Notes under the pieces: model-generated
Databases searched by the model: none
Told to the model about the DNA's origin: nothing
Seen by the model: only the letters and a program-made list of their open reading frames with translations
IMG/VR virus record: IMGVR_UViG_3300028416_000009
Span: 28,108 to 92,107 of that record
Length of the DNA: 64,000 nucleotides
Origin: a virus
Lineage: Duplodnaviria > Caudoviricetes
Reading direction: 5' to 3' (one strand)
Position numbers and translations under genes: made by a program
In this document: positions 1 to 10,389 of the stretch, piece by piece
How the letters are laid out: the number at the start of each line of letters is the position of its first letter
How positions within the stretch are numbered: position 1 is the first letter of the stretch

Positions 1-214
<214 letters not shown>

Positions 215-365
215 TTAGACGTTTGTAGTCATACCAAAAGTAAATAATCTTTTTAAAAGATTCAACAAACGTTTTGATTTATTTAATATGTTATGTTTTG
301 GTTGATTAAACTATAATACATATCTTTGTGGTTCCTTAGGTCAAAAAAAATACCGAATAGGGATT

Positions 366-406
366 AACTGACAAAGTGTCAGTTGTAATCTAATAATACT
401 GACAAA
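366..406. promoter_or_regulatory. Palindrome AACTGACA-aag-TGTCAGTT plus extra half-site between dnaK and clpC; putative operator
   Basis: Perfect 8-bp inverted repeat in the divergent intergenic region; second ACTGACAAA at 398-406. Confidence 0.45.
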
Positions 407-439
407 TAGTAATTCTATTGTTTTTTAGATAAAATGTAG

Positions 440-447
440 TATATTTG
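440..447 (+). promoter_or_regulatory. Bacteroidota-type sigma-A -7 element (TAnnTTTG)
   Basis: TATATTTG upstream of clpC; the same motif recurs upstream of many + strand genes. Confidence 0.6.
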
Positions 448-479
448 TAGAGTCAAAAACAAAAAAAAAGTTTTTATAT

Positions 480-2510
480 ATGGATACAGAATTCGAAGAA
501 CAAGGAGGAGGTAGAAGACTTCCAATGAAGAAAAGTAAAAACGATTCGAGAACACCCGTGTTGGATAATTTCTCTCGTGATTTAATTAAATTAGCAGAGC
601 AAGGAAAACTTGACCCTGTAATTGGTAGAGAGAAAGAGATTAATAGAATCGCACAGATTTTATCTCGTCGTAAAAAGAATAACCCGATTGTTATTGGTGA
701 ACCTGGTTCAGGTAAAACCGCAATCGTGGAAGGGTTAGCAATAAAAATACACCAAGGAGACTGTCCTAAGAACTTAGCGGATAAACGTATAGTTTCATTA
801 GACTTAACTTCTGTTGTTGCGGGTACTAAATACCGTGGACAGTTTGAGGAGAGACTTAAGGCTATTTTAGAAGAGTTGGTTGATAATGATAATGTAGTGG
901 TCTTTATTGATGAGATACATACCATCATTGGAACTGGTAACTCTTCAGGTTCATTAGATGCTTCGAACATCATTAAACCCGCACTGTCTCGTGGTGAAAT
1001 ACAATGTATTGGTGCCACTACGTTAGACGAGTATCGTGAGAATATTGAAAAAGACGGAGCATTAGAAAGACGTTTCCAAAAAGTATTGGTTGACCCTGCG
1101 ACAACTGAGGAAACAATGATTATCCTTTCTAATATCAAATCTAAATACGAGAATCATCATAAGGTTAAGTATAGCGAAGAATCATTAGAGGCTTGTGTTA
1201 CCTTATCGGACAGATACATTACTGACCGTGAATTACCTGACAAGGCTATCGATATCTTAGATGAGGTAGGTGCAAAGGCGCAAATCGATGTTAAATTACC
1301 TGAATTTATCGAAGACCTTAAATTACAAGTTGCTGAGATTAAGAGAAAGAAATTGGATGTGGTTAAGACACAAAACTATGAAATAGCTGCTGAACTAAGA
1401 GACCAAGAAAAGAAGTTAATTAATAAGTTAACAACTGAGAAAGAGGAGTGGGAACAAAAACAAAACGAAAACAGAACTTTAATTACTGAAGACGATGTTT
1501 ATAAAATTGTTTCAGATATGACTAATATTCCTGTAACTCGTTTAGACAGTGACGAAGCTAAGTCATTACTTAATTTAGAAAAAACCTTAAAGGCTAACGT
1601 AATCGGACAAGATGACGCAGTTACTAAGATTTCTAAAGCAATTCGTAGAAATCGTGTAGGTATTAAGGAACCAAACAGACCAATCGGTTCTTTCATATTC
1701 TTAGGTTCGACAGGTGTAGGTAAAACACACTTAGCTAAAACATTAGCACGTGAAATCTTTGGTGATGAATCGGCAATGATTCGTGTGGACATGTCAGAGT
1801 TAATGGAAAAACACTCAGTATCAAGATTAGTAGGGTCTCCTCCAGGATACGTAGGACACGACGAAGGTGGTCAATTAACCGAACAAGTTAAAAACAAACC
1901 TTACTCTGTAATACTTTTCGATGAGATTGAGAAAGCGCATAGAGATGTCTTTAATATCTTACTTCAAGTATTAGATGAGGGTCACTTAACAGATGGTTTA
2001 GGTCGTAAGATTAACTTTAAAAATACTTTAATTATTATGACTTCTAATGTTGGAGCAAGAAAACTACAAGACTTCGGAACGGGGTTAGGATTTAGTACAG
2101 ACTCTACAGTTTCACAACACGAAGAACTCACTAAAGGTGTAATTCAAAAAGCACTAAAGGCAGAATTCTCACCTGAATTCCTAAACCGTTTAGATGATAT
2201 TGTCGTATTCAAAGCTTTAGAGAAAGAAAACATTGGTAAAATCGTAAAGATTGAAATGAATAAACTCTCAAAGAGAATTGTAGAAAGAGGTTACAACATT
2301 AGTTTTGGACCATCAATCATCGACTTTATCGCAGACAAAGGGTTTGACGCCAAATACGGAGCAAGACCAATACGTAGAGCGATTCAGGAATACATAGAAG
2401 ACTTTATCGCTGAGGAAGTATTAGGTAAAGGTATTGTTGAGGGGAAGAGTTACTCCCTTAAAATAAATAAGGATTCTGAAAAAATTTCAGTAACAGAAAA
2501 AAAATCATAA
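480..2510 (+). CDS. clpC: ClpC-type AAA+ unfoldase lacking the N-terminal Clp-repeat domain
   Basis: Two Walker A motifs (GEPGSGKT, GSTGVGKT), pore loops KYRG/GYVG, UVR-like M-domain QNYEIAAELRDQE, ClpP-docking-like GLGF. Confidence 0.92.
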   Translation: MDTEFEEQGGGRRLPMKKSKNDSRTPVLDNFSRDLIKLAEQGKLDPVIGREKEINRIAQILSRRKKNNPIVIGEPGSGKTAIVEGLAIKIHQGDCPKNLADKRIVSLDLTSVVAGTKYRGQFEERLKAILEELVDNDNVVVFIDEIHTIIGTGNSSGSLDASNIIKPALSRGEIQCIGATTLDEYRENIEKDGALERRFQKVLVDPATTEETMIILSNIKSKYENHHKVKYSEESLEACVTLSDRYITDRELPDKAIDILDEVGAKAQIDVKLPEFIEDLKLQVAEIKRKKLDVVKTQNYEIAAELRDQEKKLINKLTTEKEEWEQKQNENRTLITEDDVYKIVSDMTNIPVTRLDSDEAKSLLNLEKTLKANVIGQDDAVTKISKAIRRNRVGIKEPNRPIGSFIFLGSTGVGKTHLAKTLAREIFGDESAMIRVDMSELMEKHSVSRLVGSPPGYVGHDEGGQLTEQVKNKPYSVILFDEIEKAHRDVFNILLQVLDEGHLTDGLGRKINFKNTLIIMTSNVGARKLQDFGTGLGFSTDSTVSQHEELTKGVIQKALKAEFSPEFLNRLDDIVVFKALEKENIGKIVKIEMNKLSKRIVERGYNISFGPSIIDFIADKGFDAKYGARPIRRAIQEYIEDFIAEEVLGKGIVEGKSYSLKINKDSEKISVTEKKS

Positions 2511-2564
2511 TCTTTTTGGTTACTTAAATAATAAAGAGTATATTTGTACTCAAATTAATAAACG

Positions 2565-3614
2565 ATGAACGAACAAAGGTTAAATAGGTTTAAAAAACTA
2601 CTTTCAGTACCAAGTAAGTCAAGAAATGAGTCTCAGATGGTTAACTTCATCTGTACTCAACTTGACAATATGATTGACAGTGGGGTTAATCTCGATTACT
2701 ACTTAGACGAACTTAGTAACATTTATGTGACTAAAGGAGAGTCTGAATCGTACCCGTGTTTTATCTCACACACTGACACGGTACACGAAATAGACTCCAT
2801 CAACGTAGTTGAAGGGATTAAAACTAAACCTAACACTTTCGGTAAGTCATTTGGTAACGAAGAATTCGATGTTCTTTACGCAGTTAACGACCAAGGAAAT
2901 CCTACGGGTATTGGTGGTGACGACAAATCAGGGATTTTTATTTGTTTAGAAATCCTTCGTAACGTCCAAGAGTGTAAATTAGCTTTCTTTGTTTCTGAAG
3001 AAATTGGTTGTATAGGGTCATCAAACGCAGATGTCGAGTTTTTTAACGATGTAACATTTGTTTGTGAGTATGACGCACCTGGAGACCACTTAATTACCGA
3101 GATTTGTTCGGGAGTTCGTTTGTATGAAGTAAACGGTGAATTTATCAACACAATGAAACCAATCATCGAAAATTCCTTTGGTAACCCGATGATTGAACAA
3201 TCACACCCTTTTACCGACGTGATGCAACTTAAAAACAAGTTACCTGTGTCGTGTATCAATATCTCATGTGGATATTATAACATGCACAGTGTGAATGAAT
3301 TTATTGCACTGGTAGACGTAGAAAAAGCGATTGACTGTGGTATTAGTATGACTATGTATGGTTTACAGGATAAATATTACTATGAAAATGACACACCTAA
3401 ATATTTTAACGATTCTAAAGAGGATGTTTACGAATCTGAAAACTCTAAATGGTTAAGTGAAGGTGTTGTAATATTTGATGAGGATTCATCGGGAATTACG
3501 ATTGAGGAATACGAAACAGGAAACTGTGTCTACCTAACAGAGAAAGAATGTAAGAAATTATATGAAACTCTAAAGTCGAAATTCACACCCTCGTCACAGT
3601 ACCGTTTATTTTAA
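2565..3614 (+). CDS. M20/M28-family zinc peptidase-like protein
   Basis: SHTDTV, GGDDKSG, SEEIG and YYNMH motifs. Confidence 0.75.
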   Translation: MNEQRLNRFKKLLSVPSKSRNESQMVNFICTQLDNMIDSGVNLDYYLDELSNIYVTKGESESYPCFISHTDTVHEIDSINVVEGIKTKPNTFGKSFGNEEFDVLYAVNDQGNPTGIGGDDKSGIFICLEILRNVQECKLAFFVSEEIGCIGSSNADVEFFNDVTFVCEYDAPGDHLITEICSGVRLYEVNGEFINTMKPIIENSFGNPMIEQSHPFTDVMQLKNKLPVSCINISCGYYNMHSVNEFIALVDVEKAIDCGISMTMYGLQDKYYYENDTPKYFNDSKEDVYESENSKWLSEGVVIFDEDSSGITIEEYETGNCVYLTEKECKKLYETLKSKFTPSSQYRLF

Positions 3615-3626
3615 ACACAAAAAAAG

Positions 3627-3650
3627 AAACACCCAATAGGGTGTTTTTTT
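3627..3650. terminator. Bidirectional intrinsic terminator
   Basis: aaacaccc-aata-gggtgttt with A/T tracts between convergent genes. Confidence 0.7.
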
Positions 3651-6445
3651 TATTTAAGGAATAATTTAGATTCCCTTTGTCTTCTTGAGATTAACCCCTT
3701 ACTAAATTTACCATTAATCATTGTACTGTCTTTCGGCAAGATATTAGCAGCGGATTTATATTTTTTTTGTTTAACTAATTTAATGAAATTAGATTTTCTT
3801 AAACCTTGGCAACCCGCGTTAAATACCAACGATACTAATACGTCAAACATATTTTGAGTAATCATATGGTTATTTTTTGTAGTATCATCTGACTTCCACT
3901 CGTTTAGAAAACGTCTAACACAATTTGCCGATTCAGTGGCATCGTTCTGTAAGTATTTTTGCGCTTGTTCTTTAGTTATTACATCACCAACTTTAGGGGT
4001 TGGTTCAGAAAGTGCTCCTGTGTGTCCCCATCCAATTGTGACTCTACCATCACCTAATTTATATGCTTTCAATACGGGTTCTCCTTTTTGTTTTACACTA
4101 CCCTCATCGGTTTTTATTGTGTTCCAAAAATTTTGAGATGCCTTTAGTTTAGTGCCGTCTACGTAATTTTCATTAGTGACTACTTTTGTTTCTTTTTTCG
4201 TTGGGGGTGTTTTAGGTATTCTATTGGTAATTAGTTTTATTGATGGGTAAACAACACCTTGACGATTAGTCGAATAATCCTCTATTTTTACTATTTCTTT
4301 TTTACCTTTGGTGGTAAAGACTAACGTTTCACCTTTTAATCTAATGTTATTACCACGAATAACTATTTTGGCTGGAGAACCAATTAAATCGACATTACCC
4401 TCTCCATAATATTTAACTAAATCACTCATCATAGCATAGTATAACGACATTGTTTCTTCGTCTTGTTCAAACAAACTTCTCTTAATTATGTGAGGTGATT
4501 CTTTTAATTTTAAACTGGTTTGAGTTAATAAGGTTATTATATCGTCAGATTCGACTTGTCTTATATATGACCTTCCGTAATCCACATCATTATTTGTATT
4601 GACAATACTAATTCTATGGTATCCTGTATCTATAGAATACCCCAAATATATAAACTCTTCACCGTTAGCAGTTTTGTATTTATGATTATCATACGTTGAA
4701 CGTTGAAGGTCCCATGTTGAAAGATATCTATAATTATCATAAGCTGCAGCGGGGGATTTAAGAATATCGAGACCATATTTAAGTAATTTTACACGGTCTT
4801 CCTTAAACTCATCAACCTCAAGTTCATACTCATCATTAATTTTATCGATTAACGATGCCACCCAATCCTTTTTAAATTCTGTAAATGCTGGACCTCTTTC
4901 TGAGTCATCAAAATATTCGTATTTGGCGTCTGACATATTAAATAAATCGGATTGCGAACCAACACCACGCCTCAAGTGTTTAGACTTTTCGATTGTGTCT
5001 TGAATATTATAACCCCTATGTGATGGTCTAATTAAATATTTAAAAAGTCCTGATACTTGTATTTCGTATTCTCGTAATTCATCTCTTTCTATTAACCCGA
5101 TAGTTTTAAACCCGTATTCCAGCCAATCATTATGTACTTTTTCCATTTCCTTTGAAAATCCTTCAGCATAACAACGTGTGCTGAATTCTTGGTATTCTTC
5201 CGCTAGTCTCCTCTCATCTTTATTAAACATCGATTTTAAAGTATCCGCGATATACTCGTCAAGTTCAAAATCATCGGCGCGTCCTTCAATTTTTTCTCTC
5301 TTTGCTATTAATCCTTTTTCAATAAGAACGTTATATAATTTTTTTAAGTCATCATTATCAATATCTCGTATATGATAACTTTCAGAGTCAACATCGTCCC
5401 AAGCCCCATCTGAATAATATTCATAATCAGGTTGTCGGTATCTAACATTCCATAACTCATAATTGTCGGTCTGACCATCGGCAAAAAATTGTGAAAAATC
5501 GTCATCATCTTCAAACTCAACGGAAAAATAACCTTTACGTCCGTCAACAACAAGGTCAATGGACCTTAGTTCTACTTCATTGTCGATATGTTTTTCTAAC
5601 ATATCATCTTCGTATAACCCACTTAAAACAATATAACATAAGTTATACAAATCAGGGGTTTCATTAAAGGCGTCGATTAATCTTTGTTGTGATGGGGAGT
5701 AGGTCTTTTCTTCGGTATCTTCTTTTAATCTTTTAGATTTACCGGTTCTACTGTATTGTTTAACTTCATATTTGTTTTCTTCAACCCACTTCATAACTTC
5801 ATGGATAGAATCGCCTATTCTAAAAGGGATATTTAACCCATTGTTTTTTAAGGGTTCTGATGAGACATACTTACCACCTTTCGTATAGTATATCATAGAC
5901 GATTTTGATAACATTGCGAAACCACCCTTCTTATGAATAACCATTCGGTTACACAACGGTTTAATCGACTCTATCGATAGGTCTTCATTAATTTTTTCAG
6001 GTCTATTCATCATAAATCCAATACTATTTTCTTGGTAGTGTTTATTATAAATATCAATAATTTTGATACCGTCTGAATCTCTATCTGCTTTATCAAACTC
6101 ATTTTTTAAATATTTAATACCATTTAGGTGTTCATTGTTTAGTTCGTCATAAACTATTAAGTCTTTTAGTTCATAACCATTACCCCTATATAGTCCATAT
6201 TTTTGTGAAGACATTTGATTGTGAATGGTTGGGTTTTTAATGATTAGATATGCTAACACACCCATTGTGATGTGTTCGTCAAAATCACTATCGTCGTCTC
6301 TTTTTGTTGTACACCATTTTGTGTTTGCACCATACTTACACGATGCCGTGTGTGTTAATGGTACAACCAATAAATAATTTTCGTCGTCGTAAATCTTTTT
6401 ATATTCAGACTTATCAACTTTAAACCCCTCGTTAATTTTAGACAT
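3650..6445 (-). CDS. Multidomain putative virion protein with C-terminal GH24 phage lysozyme
   Basis: C-terminal EG...AYKLGDGRVTIGWGH...FDVLVSLVFNAG...GLISRRQRESKLF; N-terminal ASCKYGANTKWC domain. Confidence 0.8.
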   Translation of the reverse strand: MSKINEGFKVDKSEYKKIYDDENYLLVVPLTHTASCKYGANTKWCTTKRDDDSDFDEHITMGVLAYLIIKNPTIHNQMSSQKYGLYRGNGYELKDLIVYDELNNEHLNGIKYLKNEFDKADRDSDGIKIIDIYNKHYQENSIGFMMNRPEKINEDLSIESIKPLCNRMVIHKKGGFAMLSKSSMIYYTKGGKYVSSEPLKNNGLNIPFRIGDSIHEVMKWVEENKYEVKQYSRTGKSKRLKEDTEEKTYSPSQQRLIDAFNETPDLYNLCYIVLSGLYEDDMLEKHIDNEVELRSIDLVVDGRKGYFSVEFEDDDDFSQFFADGQTDNYELWNVRYRQPDYEYYSDGAWDDVDSESYHIRDIDNDDLKKLYNVLIEKGLIAKREKIEGRADDFELDEYIADTLKSMFNKDERRLAEEYQEFSTRCYAEGFSKEMEKVHNDWLEYGFKTIGLIERDELREYEIQVSGLFKYLIRPSHRGYNIQDTIEKSKHLRRGVGSQSDLFNMSDAKYEYFDDSERGPAFTEFKKDWVASLIDKINDEYELEVDEFKEDRVKLLKYGLDILKSPAAAYDNYRYLSTWDLQRSTYDNHKYKTANGEEFIYLGYSIDTGYHRISIVNTNNDVDYGRSYIRQVESDDIITLLTQTSLKLKESPHIIKRSLFEQDEETMSLYYAMMSDLVKYYGEGNVDLIGSPAKIVIRGNNIRLKGETLVFTTKGKKEIVKIEDYSTNRQGVVYPSIKLITNRIPKTPPTKKETKVVTNENYVDGTKLKASQNFWNTIKTDEGSVKQKGEPVLKAYKLGDGRVTIGWGHTGALSEPTPKVGDVITKEQAQKYLQNDATESANCVRRFLNEWKSDDTTKNNHMITQNMFDVLVSLVFNAGCQGLRKSNFIKLVKQKKYKSAANILPKDSTMINGKFSKGLISRRQRESKLFLK

Positions 6446-6530
6446 AATCTATATTATTAATATAAATATATCCTTAAAGGGATATTTATCAATACAGTAG
6501 AGTAGAATCTATATGTATTAAATTTATTTA

Positions 6531-6571
6531 AAGCCTCAGGTCTACAGTTGTACAGACTTGAGGTTTTTTTT
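6531..6571 (+). terminator. Intrinsic terminator
   Basis: aagcctcaggtct...agacttgaggtttt hairpin with T-tract. Confidence 0.6.
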
Positions 6572-6691
6572 ATGATAACACTTTACTAATATTTTTTTAC
6601 ACTTACTAGTTCTAGCATCCCAGCACTTTTAACAAAAAATATTTAAAAATCAAATAAATTATACTATTTATATCATATATAAAGTGCGCAT

Positions 6692-7471
6692 ATGGTAAAT
6701 TTTGATTTATTGAACGAAGAAATAAGTCCCTTCGATGAAAGAGACATACAAGTTGAAGGATTACTCAATCCTGATTTACAACTACCTAAAAAAATTGACT
6801 ACCGAAAAGAACTTCCAGGGGCATGGAATCAAGGTATTGATGGTCCGTGTTCCGCATATGCTGCGGCAGCAATGAAACAATGGCAAGAACTTAAAGACTA
6901 CGGACTAAAAAAAACCCTTTCTAAACATTTCATTTATAATCTTAGGTCTAATAAACCACAAAGAGGAATGTACGCACGAAATACGATGCAAATACTACAA
7001 AAATATGGGTTACCGTATGATAAGTCATTCAGAAAAAAATGGAAAGACATTGAAGACATACCTTCTGAGGTATTTAAAGAAGCTTTAAACCACACGATTG
7101 TTGGATATGCGAAAGTTAATACGATAGATGGGTTGAAGAAGTCGTTATATAAAAACGGTCCGTGTTATGCGACATTCCCTGTTTATTCTAACGAACCTGA
7201 ATTTTGGGTACCCTCGTTTGGAAATAATAGAATTAAAGGTGGACATGCCGTTTGTATTGTTGGTTATGATAAACACGGTTTTATTATAAGAAATTCGTGG
7301 GGATGGGATTGGGCCGATAACGGACATTCCACATACTATTACGAGCAATGGGGTTCACATATGGAAATTTGGACAACAATCGATGACACCACTTCTGAGT
7401 TAGTCATTCCTTACAAAAGAAAGAGAAAAACAATCAAAGAATTTTTTAAGAACATTTTTGGTAAAAAATAG
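6692..7471 (+). CDS. Papain-like C1 cysteine peptidase
   Basis: NQG..GPCSAYA, GGHAVCIVGY, IRNSWGWDW motifs. Confidence 0.9.
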   Translation: MVNFDLLNEEISPFDERDIQVEGLLNPDLQLPKKIDYRKELPGAWNQGIDGPCSAYAAAAMKQWQELKDYGLKKTLSKHFIYNLRSNKPQRGMYARNTMQILQKYGLPYDKSFRKKWKDIEDIPSEVFKEALNHTIVGYAKVNTIDGLKKSLYKNGPCYATFPVYSNEPEFWVPSFGNNRIKGGHAVCIVGYDKHGFIIRNSWGWDWADNGHSTYYYEQWGSHMEIWTTIDDTTSELVIPYKRKRKTIKEFFKNIFGKK

Positions 7472-7517
7472 AAGAAAGTACGGTCTTTTATTATTATCTT
7501 TGTATATATATGTTCAC

Positions 7518-7590
7518 GCCTCTTTAGCTCAGTTGGTAGAGCAGCTGATTTGTAATCAGCAGGTCGTCAGTTCAAGTCTGGCAAGAGGCT
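7518..7590 (+). tRNA. tRNA-Thr(UGU)
   Basis: Cloverleaf; anticodon arm gctga-tTTGTAa-tcagc. Confidence 0.95.
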
Positions 7591-7606
7591 CAATAAAAAG
7601 ATAATA

Positions 7607-7756
7607 ATGACAATGGAATCAAATCAACAATCGAACGGTAACACACAATTAAATAGTGTCCGAGAAACATTCAACAGTAAAGTATCAAGACTAAGAATGT
7701 TAGGGAGCACGAAAAAAGTGGCTTGGGACAATCGCAGACGAAACAGAGCAATTTAA
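7607..7756 (+). CDS. Small basic hypothetical protein (49 aa)
   Basis: Manual ORF MTMESNQQ...RRRNRAI, below the track cutoff. Confidence 0.5.
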   Translation: MTMESNQQSNGNTQLNSVRETFNSKVSRLRMLGSTKKVAWDNRRRNRAI

Positions 7757-7757
7757 T

Positions 7758-7877
7758 ATGGTTACTAAAATTCCATTAACTTCAGAAAATAGAATGTTAC
7801 GAATTGGGTTTGGTAAGAATAAGGGTAATTGGTTTATACGAGTAGACCTTTGGTATGTCGGGTATCGAATATCTTAA
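7758..7877 (+). CDS. Small hypothetical protein (39 aa)
   Basis: Manual [11 protein letters not shown]...YRIS filling the gap before tRNA-Ser. Confidence 0.5.
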   Translation: MVTKIPLTSENRMLRIGFGKNKGNWFIRVDLWYVGYRIS

Positions 7878-7879
7878 TA

Positions 7880-7965
<86 letters not shown>

Positions 7966-8033
7966 ATAGATTAAAGAGGGTAACCTCTTTTTTTTATGCA
8001 ATATTTTTTATATTATTATAAAAACATCTCATT

Positions 8034-8717
8034 ATGGCAGTGACATTTAACAAAGGAAACCAAGAAGGACAACCAAACCCAAACAATATTATTAAAAAAT
8101 TAGTGGAGGTTATTCAGAAATTGGAACAAGAAATAATTGACAATAAAAGAACAATTAACTCTAAAGTTAATGGTAATACTTTTTCGTTAACCGAAAAACT
8201 TAGAAGTTTCGACGATGTTGTTGAAAGTATTAACGTTAGAGTATCAACAATTGGAGAAAGAACCCCTGAAGAATTAACCACAGAACCTGTTAAGAGTTTA
8301 ATTGTGGATGGATATAATTCTATTCAAATAAAATGTTCCGCAGAGATTTTAAATAAATCGACCGAACTAACATCTGTAGACCACTCGTTATCGACTAGAA
8401 TTAATGAGGAAAAGGTTTTAAGAGAGAAAGACGTATTATCATTAGCGACTAACTTAGTCAGCTTTGATGAAAGAAATAATATTGTTGTTTCCGAGTTAAA
8501 AAGTAGATTTGATGGTATAAACCCAACAAACCCTTCTTCAGACTCTTTAATGGGGTTATCACAAAAAATAGAAAATCTAACAACAGAAGTCACTAACTTA
8601 CGTAATAATATTAATGTTGTTAGTGCCAAATTAGATAAGGAAGTGTTTACAGAAATGAATAGTCGAATCAACTCTATTAAATCTATTGAGACAAGATTGT
8701 TAATGTTAGGTGGTTAA
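8034..8717 (+). CDS. Coiled-coil hypothetical protein
   Basis: Heptad-like composition; long ORF. Confidence 0.6.
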   Translation: MAVTFNKGNQEGQPNPNNIIKKLVEVIQKLEQEIIDNKRTINSKVNGNTFSLTEKLRSFDDVVESINVRVSTIGERTPEELTTEPVKSLIVDGYNSIQIKCSAEILNKSTELTSVDHSLSTRINEEKVLREKDVLSLATNLVSFDERNNIVVSELKSRFDGINPTNPSSDSLMGLSQKIENLTTEVTNLRNNINVVSAKLDKEVFTEMNSRINSIKSIETRLLMLGG

Positions 8718-9008
8718 TTCTTTTTTTTTATTGAGATTAAAATCATCCCATAAACGTAACCTATCATTTGTGATAATATCAAAATTTTAAAAATACTATT
8801 AACACCATAAAGTGTTTTCATAGTTAAATTACTGTGTTCTACTAAGAGAACCATAACTACTGAATTGATTTTACTTAAAAAAATAAGACCTAAAAACCCT
8901 CCACAAATAAAAGAGGTATATGGGTATTTTTTTTTATTCATGGATTTTTCTTTTATATAAATATTAAATTTACTATCTTTGTCTCCTAATTATAAAATAT
9001 AAATAACT

Positions 9009-9860
9009 ATGAAGGATTATAGTAAAACTTTTCTTAAACTTTCGATAATATACTTATCGATAATGTTTTTTTTATTGTCTTGTGAGCAAGAACCATATTT
9101 ACGATTTGATGAAATCGACTCGATAGAGACTGAATCAAATATAGAGGAATATATTGAACATTATTTCGATATTGCCAGTGATTCATATACACAACCAGAC
9201 GGTGAAGATTATTTTCTAAAACCTCATAGATGGAAGTATGGTGGGTTTAACGGTACTGAAAAAATTGATGTTTATTTTGATGAGTCATTTGACAATATTA
9301 ATGCTAAAAATAACTTAATCAGTTTCTTTTCAGTCCTCGATAATATTATCGAAGATGAACTCATCAAATTTAATGTAGTTGATAATATTAACGATGCCGA
9401 TATAGTAATTGTATTTGGACATAATAACTTTCAGTCGATATTTGGTGGGGATGTTAACGATAATTGGTTAGGACAAGCGGTTACGGTAAATGAGCAAGAA
9501 TATAAGCAAGAATATAATAATGATAACATAGTTAACCCTGACATATGTTCTATCGTTGAAGGTAGATTTTGGGTTGATACTTATGACGAGTTATTAATTA
9601 AACATGAATTTCTACACGTGTTAGGTTTTATACATACAAATAAAAATAATTCAATAATGAATCATTATACAAGTCTGATGTCTAATTTAAAGGATGTTGA
9701 TGAAAAAGCGATTTACTTAAAGTATAATAATGATTTAGTTCAGGAGGTTATTGCCGTTCCTGGAGCAACTGGCTTTCCTAATTGGCTTTTCACTAATGAA
9801 GAATATGAAATTCATTTGGATAATGTTAGGTTAACTCTTGAAAATAGATTTAACTTATAG
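9009..9860 (+). CDS. Lipoprotein zinc metalloprotease (metzincin/M10-like)
   Basis: LLSC lipobox; HEFLHVLGFIH followed by SIM Met-turn. Confidence 0.8.
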   Translation: MKDYSKTFLKLSIIYLSIMFFLLSCEQEPYLRFDEIDSIETESNIEEYIEHYFDIASDSYTQPDGEDYFLKPHRWKYGGFNGTEKIDVYFDESFDNINAKNNLISFFSVLDNIIEDELIKFNVVDNINDADIVIVFGHNNFQSIFGGDVNDNWLGQAVTVNEQEYKQEYNNDNIVNPDICSIVEGRFWVDTYDELLIKHEFLHVLGFIHTNKNNSIMNHYTSLMSNLKDVDEKAIYLKYNNDLVQEVIAVPGATGFPNWLFTNEEYEIHLDNVRLTLENRFNL

Positions 9861-9994
9861 TATTATTAATATACAATAGACTTGTTTAAAACTAGTCGAC
9901 CCAAAGGTCTCAAACCTTATAAAAAAGTTGATGGTGGAGCACAATAAAATAAAAACCCTTTCTACTGAGAGGGTTTTTTTAAAACTTATTACTT

Positions 9995-10231
9995 ATGAAA
10001 ACAGTTAAAAACAATGAAGGTACGGTTAAAAGAGTTGATGACTCAACCGCAAATATGTTAGTTAATAGTGGTTCTTGGTTTTTTTGTCCAAAATCTGAAT
10101 ATAGAAAAACTAAAAAGGTTAAGAAGTCAAAGGACTCTTCCGAAACGGTTAATATAGAAAACAGGGGGTTATCCGATAAGAAACTAAGAAAAGAGAGAAA
10201 ACTTGCAAAGTCAAAGAGAAATAAAAATTAA
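9995..10231 (+). CDS. Small basic hypothetical protein
   Basis: ORF track; Lys-rich. Confidence 0.6.
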   Translation: MKTVKNNEGTVKRVDDSTANMLVNSGSWFFCPKSEYRKTKKVKKSKDSSETVNIENRGLSDKKLRKERKLAKSKRNKN

Positions 10232-10389
10232 TATCGAAGGATTTGATATTGAATTGACTGAAGGTGTTTATACTATCTCTAAAAATGGGATAGTATTAAA
10301 AGGGGATTTATATGAGTTACCCACCCCTCAGAAAACATGGTTAATTAACGCACATTCTTGCTCACAATCTTTAGTAAGAAGTTTAAATT

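Noticed and set aside
425-1792. Antisense ORFs 425-1138 and 1499-1792, ORF 3-218 and similar shadow ORFs
   Set aside because: They are reverse-frame shadows of well-supported genes (clpC, dnaK and others)
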